64,000 bases of DNA from Clostridia bacterium (lineage in GTDB: Bacteria > Bacillota > Clostridia > Oscillospirales > QAMX01): positions 3,081 to 67,080 of the forward strand of contig JAFRWU010000103.1 in NCBI GenBank assembly GCA_017441705.1, given 5' to 3'. A model generated the notes under the pieces. That model was not told the DNA's origin, did not search any database, and worked only from the letters and a program-made list of their open reading frames with translations. Of this stretch, positions 56,985 to 64,000 are shown in pieces (position 1 is the first letter of the stretch; the number at the start of each line of letters is the position of its first letter). Made by a program: the position numbers and the translations under genes.

Positions 56985-57689
56985 TCAGTTGATGATCAGC
57001 TTTACGTAATCGCTGGAAACGTAACCGTACCCGCCGTCGTATTTGATCTTGTACCAGCCCTTGTCGGCTGCCACGATGGTGCAGACGGCGTCTTTGGAAA
57101 GCGATCCCACAGCCTTGCCGTCGGACGCGGCTTTGTCGCGGACGCGCAGCGAAGCGGCGGTGACCTTCCCTGTGATGGACATCTCTTTGGCGGCGGTTTT
57201 GGTATCCAGATACTGCGAGGAGATAAAGCCGGAAATCCCGTTAAAGGAGATCTGATACCATTCGGCGTTGGAAACGTCCAGAAGATTGACCAGGGTACCC
57301 TTGGGAAGCTGCATCAGAACGTCGCCGTTGGCGGTCTTGCGCACGTTCACAGAGGCGGTGGTCATGGCAAGAGAGCCGACTTCGCCGGTCGTCGGTTCGC
57401 TTTCGGTCGCGGGTTCGGTCTCGGTGTCGGTCGCAGGTTCGGTCTCGGTGTCGGTCGCGGGTTCGGTCTCGGTGTCGGTCGCGGGTTCGGTCTCGGTGTC
57501 GGTCGCAGGTTCGGATTCTCCGTCGGGATCGTAGGTTTCGACGGAGGAGCTGGAAACCGGCAGATCCAGATCGATGATCGGAAGCGTCTCCGAATCGGGG
57601 TCTTTCGCGTTGCCGCCGCAGGAGGCCAGTGCAAGAAGCATCAGAACCGCAAGCAGCGCCGCCGCAAATCTTCTGCCATTGTTACGCAT
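56985..57689 (-). CDS. Lipoprotein with an acidic TETEPATD tandem repeat and two SH3b domains
   Basis: The start was set at MRNNGRRFAAALLAVLMLLALASCGG (lipobox; GGAAGGAGGA SD). SH3b signatures are VNVRKTANGD...WYQISFNG and LRVRDKAS...WYKIKYDG. Confidence 0.75.
   Translation of the reverse strand: MRNNGRRFAAALLAVLMLLALASCGGNAKDPDSETLPIIDLDLPVSSSSVETYDPDGESEPATDTETEPATDTETEPATDTETEPATDTETEPATESEPTTGEVGSLAMTTASVNVRKTANGDVLMQLPKGTLVNLLDVSNAEWYQISFNGISGFISSQYLDTKTAAKEMSITGKVTAASLRVRDKAASDGKAVGSLSKDAVCTIVAADKGWYKIKYDGGYGYVSSDYVKLIIN
57387..57516 (-). repeat. Tandem 24-bp coding repeat, 4 full units plus degenerate flanks
   Basis: The unit GGTCGC(G/A)GGTTCGGTCTCGGTGTC occurs at 57405, 57429, 57453 and 57477. 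It is in frame and encodes (TETEPATD)n. Confidence 0.9.
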
Positions 57690-57777
57690 GAAGGGTTCCT
57701 CCTTCCGTAGAGTAAGATAGGTTCCAAAGGGGCGATAACGCCCTCCCGCCGGCAAAGGAGGGAGGGCGGGATCGGCA

Positions 57778-59841
57778 TTATTCGTCGTCGTCCTCTTCCA
57801 TTCTGCTCTTGGCTTCTTCGATGATGGAAGCCTGAACGGCGGGCGGGGTCTCCTCGTAGCGGACGAAGTCCAGCTCGAAGCTGCCCCAACCGCGGGTCAT
57901 GCTGCGCAGATCGATGGCGTAGGAGTCCATTTCGGAGAAGGGAACTTCGGCTTCGATGACCTGCATGTGATCTTCGGTGGGATTCATGCCCATCACACGG
58001 CCGCGGCGCTTGTTCAGATCGCCGATGATGTCGCCCATGTATTCGTCGGGCACGTAGACCTTCAGGGTGCCGTAGGGCTCGAGGATGACCGGATTGGCTT
58101 CGGGCATCGCTTTCTTGTAGGCGAGACGGGCCGCCATCTGGAAGGCGATATCCTTGGAGTCGACCGGATGATAGGAGCCGTCGTACAGGGTCGCCTTGAG
58201 GTTGACCACCGGGTAACCGGCCAGAACGCCCTTCTTGATGCTGTCGCGCAGGCCTTTTTCCACAGACGGGAAGTACTGACGCGGCACGCTTCCGCCGAAG
58301 ACCTCTTCGGCAAATTCAAGGTCGAGATTTTCGCCCGGCTCGAAGCGGATCCACACGTCGCCGAACTGGCCGCTGCCGCCCGACTGTTTCTTGTGGCGGC
58401 CCTGGGCTTCGACCTTTTTGCGGATCTTTTCGCGGTATGCGATGCGCGGCGCGGCGGTGGACACGTCCACGCCGAATTTGCTCTTCAGCTTGGAGCAGAC
58501 GATCTCCAGGTGCATATCGCCCATGCCGGAAATGATCTGCTCGTGGGTCTCGGCGTTGTTCTCGGTCACCAGGCAGGGATCCTCGTCCTTCAGGCGGGCA
58601 AGACCCGTGGAGATCTTGTCTTCGTTTCCGCCCTTGGCGACGATGGCGCGGGAGTAGCAGGTGCGCGGGAACTCGATGGCCGCCAGGGTCAGATCGCCCG
58701 CCAGGCTCAGCGTGTCGCAGGTCATGGTGTCGGTCAGCTTGGAGACCGCGCCGATGTCGCCGGTGCCGATGGCGTCGACCTCGGTGCTCTTTTTGCCGCG
58801 GATCATATAGACGTGACCGAGCTTTTCCTTGGATCCGGAACGGGAATTGATCAGAGTCAGATCGCCCGTGACGGTACCGGAAACCACGCGGAAGTAGGAA
58901 AGACGGCCGTACTGGTCGGCGACGTTCTTGAAGACGTAAAGGGCGGGGGAACCGGCGGGATCCAGCTTGAAGCTCTCGCCCTCGGAGGTGACGTCGTTCT
59001 GGCCTTCGGCCGGATTGGGCGCGTAAGCGATCAGGCCTTCGATGAAGGGGATCGTACCGGCGCCGGTGAAGGCGCAGCCGCCGAACACCGGGCAGATGGA
59101 ACCGGAGGCGACGCCGGCGCGGATACCGGCGAGCATTTCTTCTTCGGTGAATTCTTCCCCTTCGAAGAATTTCTCCATCAGCTCTTCGCTGGCTTCCGCG
59201 GCGTTTTCGGAGATCAGAGCTCTGTATTCCTCGATATGATCCTCGGCGGAAGCGGGGACCGGAACTTCGACGGTCTTGAGGCCGTCGGTCTTGTAGGCCT
59301 TGCGGGAGACGATGTCGACCACGCATTCGACCTTGGTGCCGTTCATGACGGGGAACACCACCGGGCAGACCGAAATGCCGAATTTCTCACGCAGATCGGC
59401 GGCGACTTTGTGGTAATCGGCGTGCTCTTCGTCCATTTTGCCGATGTAGAAGAAACGGGGGAGCCCGGCCTTGGCAAGCATCCGCCAGGACTTTTCGGAA
59501 CCGACGTTGATGCCGCTCTTGCCGGTGACGACGATGCAGCCCGCGTCGGCGACGCGGATGCCTTCGTAGACCTCGCCCACCAGATCGAAGAAGCCGGGGC
59601 AGTCCAGAATGTTGATCTTGTAACCGTTGTATTCCACCGGGTCGATGGTGGTGGAGATGCTGAATTGTCTTTTGACTTCCTCGGGATCGAAGTCGGAGAC
59701 GGTGTTGCCGTCGCTGGCTTTGCCGAGACGGTCGGTGGCTTTGGTGAGATAAAGCATACTCTCGGTCAGGGCGGACTTGCCGTCGCCTACGTGGCCGAGA
59801 AGGCATACGTTTCTCAGTTTGTCGATTGCATATGCAGCCAT
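57778..59841 (-). CDS. EF-G-family translational GTPase paralogue with degenerate G motifs
   Basis: The start was set at MAAYAIDKLRNVCLLGHVGDGKS. It has five-domain EF-G architecture by length and C-terminal similarity. G3 reads DCPGFF and G4 reads GKMD. Confidence 0.8.
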   Translation of the reverse strand: MAAYAIDKLRNVCLLGHVGDGKSALTESMLYLTKATDRLGKASDGNTVSDFDPEEVKRQFSISTTIDPVEYNGYKINILDCPGFFDLVGEVYEGIRVADAGCIVVTGKSGINVGSEKSWRMLAKAGLPRFFYIGKMDEEHADYHKVAADLREKFGISVCPVVFPVMNGTKVECVVDIVSRKAYKTDGLKTVEVPVPASAEDHIEEYRALISENAAEASEELMEKFFEGEEFTEEEMLAGIRAGVASGSICPVFGGCAFTGAGTIPFIEGLIAYAPNPAEGQNDVTSEGESFKLDPAGSPALYVFKNVADQYGRLSYFRVVSGTVTGDLTLINSRSGSKEKLGHVYMIRGKKSTEVDAIGTGDIGAVSKLTDTMTCDTLSLAGDLTLAAIEFPRTCYSRAIVAKGGNEDKISTGLARLKDEDPCLVTENNAETHEQIISGMGDMHLEIVCSKLKSKFGVDVSTAAPRIAYREKIRKKVEAQGRHKKQSGGSGQFGDVWIRFEPGENLDLEFAEEVFGGSVPRQYFPSVEKGLRDSIKKGVLAGYPVVNLKATLYDGSYHPVDSKDIAFQMAARLAYKKAMPEANPVILEPYGTLKVYVPDEYMGDIIGDLNKRRGRVMGMNPTEDHMQVIEAEVPFSEMDSYAIDLRSMTRGWGSFELDFVRYEETPPAVQASIIEEAKSRMEEDDDE

Positions 59842-59948
59842 GTGTTTCTGAACGCTCCTTATGTTAATTTTTGGTTTTCGGTTCCAAACGCCGGAAAAAG
59901 CGCGGCGCAAAAAGGCCTCTGCGATCCGATGACCGGGCACCTTTTCAT

Positions 59949-59977
59949 ATTATATAATAAACCTGAGTAAAAAGCAA
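59949..59977 (-). promoter_or_regulatory. Candidate promoter of the EF-G paralogue
   Basis: TTGCTT, 17 nt, TATAAT on the minus strand. The leader is about 100 nt. Confidence 0.5.
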
Positions 59978-60003
59978 TCGTTATTTTTCCGGAAAGAAGT
60001 CCC

Positions 60004-62349
60004 TCAGTATTTTTTCGCCCAGAAGGAAAGGATCACCGCCGGCAGGGTCCACAGGATCTGGAAGAGAGCGAGATTGGCAGGCGTCGCGGAGGCGAACCAT
60101 CCGCTGAGGAGCATCAGCGCCGCAAGCACGAGCCCCGTAAAACCTCCGACGATCCCGGTGATCAGGGTGGCGGAGGAAGCGATGCGGAAACGGCGGGAGC
60201 CTTCGATGGTTTCGGCGATGGGACGGATGCCGGGTTTCAGGAAAACGACCCCGGAAGCTTCGGACCGCCGGTCGGGATTCGCGAGGGCGACGCGGGTTTC
60301 GATGGGAGGACAGACCACCACGCCCTGACGGATGCGGAAGGCTTTTTCCACCCGGTCCACCGTGATGTTGAAGTCGCGTGCGGCGATCACGGGGATCCGG
60401 AGGTTCCGGATCAGAAGACGCAGCGAATACTCGGTATCGGTATCCGGATGATAATTCAGGGCGAAAACCGCCGCCAGAGTCCCGTCGACGGCGACGTAGA
60501 CCGGCGTACGGGTGGGGATGCGGGTGGTGCGGAACCCGGCGCGGCGCATGGCGGCGTCGTCGCCGATGATGACCTGATGACCGTCCACGTCGGCGCTGAT
60601 GGCTTCGCCGGTGAAATGCACGTTCGAGACCTTGGCCATGACCGCGTACTCATCCTTGGCGAACCGCACGAAGGGAGCCGCCAGAGAACAGCCCACCGAA
60701 GAGAGAAGACTTGCGGCGTAGCGGAAGACGGTCTTCCGGTCGAAGGCGTCCAGCAGCTTGTAATCGGTGATGGTCACGGCGTCGTCGGGATAGATGTCCC
60801 GGTCAGAAAGCACCGTAAAGCCCTCCCGGCTGTAGGAAAGGAAGGAACGGCTGCCGCCGGGATAGGCGCCGGCCTGGCGCATGCGTTTGGCGATGCCCGC
60901 GTAGGCCATGGAGTGGGAAAGCACCAGGGCGCCGGAGGGAACCGCCGAGAAGAGGGTGGCGAAGGCCAGGAACACGTGTCCGCCCACGGCCCCTTCGGGC
61001 GGGAAGATCGAGGTGATCAGCGCAAGGACCAGGGCAAGCGCCGAGGCCAGGAGCACGTAGACCGTCACGATCCGTTCCCCGAGGGTCTCGGTGCGGATCC
61101 CGTGATAGAACCGGTCGAAGCCGGTGGCGTCGGTGCGTATGTAGGTCGGGAAATCGTCGTAGCCGCCGTCTACGGTCAGAAGCAGGGTCTCCGCGTCCTT
61201 GTACCGGCTGACCGCCCGGACGGCGCGGTATTTGGCGGAAAGGGTGATCCTGCGGGAGAGAAGGCGGAAGAAAAGCCAGAGAACCGGCACCAGGAAGGAG
61301 ACCGGATGCACCTGCCACGAGGGGACCGAAACGGTCACGATCCCGGCGATCAGAGTCAGCGCCGCCGAAAGCGCGATCACCGAATCGACGTCGGGCTTCA
61401 TGCGCAGGATCCTAAAAAACCCCTGTCCGATCACGTCGCGCGCCGGGATCAGACAAAGCGCGAACAGGATCAGATTGACCAACCCGGGAACCAGAAAACC
61501 GTTTTCGTATTTCAGGAAGGCGGGACCGGGCAGGATCCCGTTCCCGGCGAAGGTGGCGTAGAGGAGAAGGATCCCCAGGACCGCCAGAAGGTTCAGGCGG
61601 GAAACCGTGCGGGAAAGCGACTTGTGCAGATTGGAGGCCAGCCGGTCGGGATCCACGTGCGGCACGTGTTCGGCCGGCTTTTCTTTTTTCGGCGCCGGCT
61701 TTTTCCCGATGCGGAAGAAGGAGGCGATCTTTTCAAAGTCCACATGGGGGAAAAGATTCTGGGAATCGTTCAGGCTTTCCCGGATCCTGTCTTCCCGCGT
61801 GATGCGGTCCTTGGCGGTATCCTCCATGGAGGAATGCACGCCGAGAGAGCCTGCGATGACGACTCTCTCCGTGTTGTCGTGCCAGGCGGCGTTGGCGACG
61901 GTCTGCCGCGCCATATGGGACGCCTCGTCGATCAGGAAGGATTCGTCGGGCTCGGTCATGAATTCAGCCGGCGCAAAGGACTTCCGGGGCGGCGGAGGAG
62001 GCGCGGCGCGTTCGCTCTGCGCCGAAGGGGAGTTCACCGACTGCGCGAGCCTGCGGCTGTGTTCCAGCTGCTCGTGCACCTGACGCATATGTCTGTCGTA
62101 AGCGCGGTCAAAGCTTTCCAGAGAGATCGGCGCCTGGGAAAGCCTGCGGCTTTTCTCCCGGTAGCTGCCCATCACCCGGTCGAAGGACGGATCGGAGGCG
62201 GGAACCGGCGGAGCTTCCGCGGGGCGCGCCGTTTCCGCGATCGCAGCCTCGCTTCTCTCCCGGTCCTCGCCGTGAAGCTTTTCGTCAATGATACGGTTGA
62301 TCCGTTCGCTGTATTCTTTTTCCAGATCTTCGGTATGACGGTTATCCAT
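60004..62349 (-). CDS. Membrane protein resembling a P1B-type ATPase with degenerate catalytic motifs and an N-terminal low-complexity region of about 250 aa
   Basis: The start was set at MDNRHTEDLEKE (ATG 62349). The TM/loop layout and local similarity to CopA/ZntA-type pumps were judged by eye. The motif positions read VPS, SDRDIY and ARDFN. Confidence 0.6.
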   Translation of the reverse strand: MDNRHTEDLEKEYSERINRIIDEKLHGEDRERSEAAIAETARPAEAPPVPASDPSFDRVMGSYREKSRRLSQAPISLESFDRAYDRHMRQVHEQLEHSRRLAQSVNSPSAQSERAAPPPPPRKSFAPAEFMTEPDESFLIDEASHMARQTVANAAWHDNTERVVIAGSLGVHSSMEDTAKDRITREDRIRESLNDSQNLFPHVDFEKIASFFRIGKKPAPKKEKPAEHVPHVDPDRLASNLHKSLSRTVSRLNLLAVLGILLLYATFAGNGILPGPAFLKYENGFLVPGLVNLILFALCLIPARDVIGQGFFRILRMKPDVDSVIALSAALTLIAGIVTVSVPSWQVHPVSFLVPVLWLFFRLLSRRITLSAKYRAVRAVSRYKDAETLLLTVDGGYDDFPTYIRTDATGFDRFYHGIRTETLGERIVTVYVLLASALALVLALITSIFPPEGAVGGHVFLAFATLFSAVPSGALVLSHSMAYAGIAKRMRQAGAYPGGSRSFLSYSREGFTVLSDRDIYPDDAVTITDYKLLDAFDRKTVFRYAASLLSSVGCSLAAPFVRFAKDEYAVMAKVSNVHFTGEAISADVDGHQVIIGDDAAMRRAGFRTTRIPTRTPVYVAVDGTLAAVFALNYHPDTDTEYSLRLLIRNLRIPVIAARDFNITVDRVEKAFRIRQGVVVCPPIETRVALANPDRRSEASGVVFLKPGIRPIAETIEGSRRFRIASSATLITGIVGGFTGLVLAALMLLSGWFASATPANLALFQILWTLPAVILSFWAKKY

Positions 62350-62396
62350 GCTTATCCATCCACTTTTGCGTTTCTCTTGAGATTCTTGAGTCCGGC

Positions 62397-63251
62397 TCAA
62401 AGGCCGCGCTGCCGGAGCGATTCGAAAAGAAGGACCGCCGCGGCCGCGGAGGCGTTCAGGGAATTGATCTTTCCGATCATGGGGATCTTCAGAAGATAAT
62501 CGCAGCTTTCGGCGGCGAGACGGGAGATCCCTTCTCCTTCCGACCCGATGACCAGGGCCATGGGAAGGGTCATATCCGCGTCGTAATACCACACGTCTCC
62601 GCCGGCGTCCGCTCCGAAGATCCAGAGCCCGGCTTCCTTCAGCTCTCTGAGAGCCGAAGCGACGTTGGCGGTGCGCGCCACCGGCAGATAAGCCAGAGCG
62701 CCCGCCGAGGCCTTGTAGACCGCGGGAGTCAGCCCTGCGGAACGGCGGCGGGGGATGACGACGCCGTCCGCGCCGGCGATCTCCGCCGAACGGATGATGG
62801 CGCCGAGATTGCCGGGGTCGTTGATGGAATCGCAGACCACGATCAGCGGAGCGCGGCCCTTTTCGCGGGAGATTGCCAGAAGGTCGGCGATCTCAACGTA
62901 GGAGGCGGCGGCCGTCTGGGCGATGACGCCCTGGTGCGCGCCGGTGACGCTCATGCGGTCCAGCATCCGCCGGTCGCAGGTCACCACCGGGATCCCGGCT
63001 TCGCGCGCGAGTCCCAGGATGCGGGAGGCGACGGGATCCTCGCGTCCCTCGGCGTTTTTGGCCAGAAAGATCTTGTCCAGGGGCTGACCGGCGCGAAGTG
63101 CTTCGATCACCGGATTGCGGCCCTCGACGGTGGATTCGTTTTCTTTTTTTCTTTCGTCCTGAAAGCCTGCGGGTTTGCCGGCGGGTTTTCCCGCGGTCTT
63201 GCCGCGCGGGCGCTGGGGACGGGGATTCCGGAAATTACGGTTGGAAGGCAT
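62397..63251 (-). CDS. rlmB: 23S rRNA (guanosine-2'-O)-methyltransferase RlmB (TrmH/SpoU family)
   Basis: 284 aa with a basic N-terminal tail, EGRNPVIEAL (substrate-binding domain) and SpoU motifs NLGAIIRSAE, GSEGEGIS and SLNASAAAA. Confidence 0.85.
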   Translation of the reverse strand: MPSNRNFRNPRPQRPRGKTAGKPAGKPAGFQDERKKENESTVEGRNPVIEALRAGQPLDKIFLAKNAEGREDPVASRILGLAREAGIPVVTCDRRMLDRMSVTGAHQGVIAQTAAASYVEIADLLAISREKGRAPLIVVCDSINDPGNLGAIIRSAEIAGADGVVIPRRRSAGLTPAVYKASAGALAYLPVARTANVASALRELKEAGLWIFGADAGGDVWYYDADMTLPMALVIGSEGEGISRLAAESCDYLLKIPMIGKINSLNASAAAAVLLFESLRQRGL

Positions 63252-63359
63252 ACGTTTCCTTTCGCGTCCGGCCCGGCGATGTCTTCACGCCCGCCGGCAA
63301 GCGGCGGAGATTGGCGGGAAAGCGCGGCCTGGCCGCGCCGGGAACCGTACGATCAATAT

Positions 63360-63388
63360 AGTATATCACATCGTGCGAAAAAAAGCAA
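63360..63388 (-). promoter_or_regulatory. Candidate promoter of rlmB
   Basis: TTGCTT, 17 nt, TATACT on the minus strand. Confidence 0.45.
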
Positions 63389-63460
63389 ATCCATTCTGAA
63401 GACCGGCATTTTCCGGCGCACAAACCCTCGTTTTTTCCAAAAAGAGGAAGAAATCGACCC

Positions 63461-63497
63461 GGAACAAAGAAGCCCGCGCCGCGGAAGGCGGCGCGGG
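63461..63497 (-). terminator. Hairpin terminator after hemW
   Basis: 11-bp GC stem GCCCGCGCCGC/GCGGCGCGGGC followed by TTCTTTGTTC (a weak U-run). Confidence 0.5.
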
Positions 63498-63531
63498 CTG
63501 CGGATCGGGAGAGCGGCGGGAAAGGACCGGA

Positions 63532-64000
63532 TCAGGATCGCGTGCCTTCCTCGCGGGCGGCGTCCAGGACGTCGGAGATGATGCGGTTGGAGATCAGGAA
63601 GCCCTCCGGGGTCAGGCTGAATCTTCCGTCCTCCTCGCGCACGTGTCCGGTCTTGACGTAGGGAAGGAGCGCGGCGCGGATCGGGCCGAAATCCCGGGCG
63701 TGCTTGCGCTTGTAATCGGCTTCGCTGATGCCCTCGCGGAGTCTGAGGCCCAGCATCAGATACTCGCCCACCCGTTCGCGGGGGCGGATGATCTCCGGAT
63801 CGCCGTCGATCAGGCCCTCGCTTCCGGTTTTCATGGCGTCGATGTAGGCGGCGAGGTCGCGGATATAGGAATAACGCGCATCTTTATAATAGGAATGGGC
63901 GCCGGGACCGTAGCCGAGGTATTCCTGGCAGCGCCAGTATTTCAGATTGTGCCGGCACTCTCTGCCGGGCAGGGAAAAATTGGAGATCTCGTACTGGCGG
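63532..64000 (-). CDS. hemW: Radical SAM heme chaperone HemW (C-terminal part; the gene continues beyond the window)
   Basis: The frame stays open to position 64000 and reads ...YEISNFSLPGRECRHNLKYW...YLGYGPGAHSY...EYLMLGLRL. Confidence 0.8.
   Translation of the reverse strand, partial: RQYEISNFSLPGRECRHNLKYWRCQEYLGYGPGAHSYYKDARYSYIRDLAAYIDAMKTGSEGLIDGDPEIIRPRERVGEYLMLGLRLREGISEADYKRKHARDFGPIRAALLPYVKTGHVREEDGRFSLTPEGFLISNRIISDVLDAAREEGTRS

Noticed and set aside
57405-57516. 24-bp tandem repeats considered as a possible CRISPR array
   Set aside because: The units are directly adjacent with no spacers, in frame within a CDS, and encode a peptide repeat. No cas genes are present in the window.
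57967-62499. Long plus-strand ORFs 57967-59970 and 60448-62499. The ORFs 664-2112, 2114-3811, 7361-8743, 10610-12961, 12747-14186, 30104-32158, 38699-40390, 45292-47580 and 48960-51017 were treated the same way.
   Set aside because: All are mirror frames of strongly supported genes on the opposite strand. They have no SD, and the translated sequences are biased and domain-free.

Overview
This 64-kb window looks like it comes from a high-GC, endospore-forming Firmicute. A Clostridia, Oscillospiraceae-like origin is a guess from gene content. About 90% of the window is coding and most genes sit on the minus strand. Nearly all of it is core housekeeping. This includes coaD-rsmD-uvrC, monocistronic ptsH, a lipoprotein/OmpR/histidine-kinase operon running into DUF1385-prmC, mreB-murC and proS. 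It also includes bofA, spoIIAA-spoIIAB-sigF, an 11-gene his operon headed by a YerC/TrpR-like regulator, recG and glgBCDA. Further core genes are a TIGR03960/TIGR03936 radical-SAM pair, rplS, an MsmX-like ATPase, rlmB and a partial hemW. I found no rRNA, tRNA, CRISPR array, transposase, integrase, phage genes, or any recognisable defence or toxin-antitoxin module. The many long ORFs antisense to real genes are high-GC artefacts. I cannot point to a clear novel multi-gene system. The items most worth a second look are these. (1) A visibly AT-richer accessory islet at about 38.7-44.1 kb carries an 880-aa secreted repeat protein (SH3b-like, Listeria-Bacteroides repeats, and four Asp-box-containing repeats of about 92 aa). 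It also carries a 2.56-kb segment bounded by an exact 24-bp direct repeat that duplicates the last 7 codons plus stop of the neighbouring oxidoreductase gene. (2) At about 4.57 kb a 5'-truncated GPH symporter is fused head-to-head to a 3' fragment paralogous to that repeat protein. (3) Two neighbouring apparent pseudo-enzymes are present: an EF-G paralogue lacking the catalytic His and the NKxD Asn, and a P1B-ATPase-like membrane protein with CPC, DKTGT, TGDN and GDGxND all degenerate. (4) A perfect 7-8-7 palindrome lies between the -35 and -10 of the his operon promoter, a candidate operator for the YerC-like regulator. All functional calls come from reading the translations and remembered family motifs. 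No database search was run.
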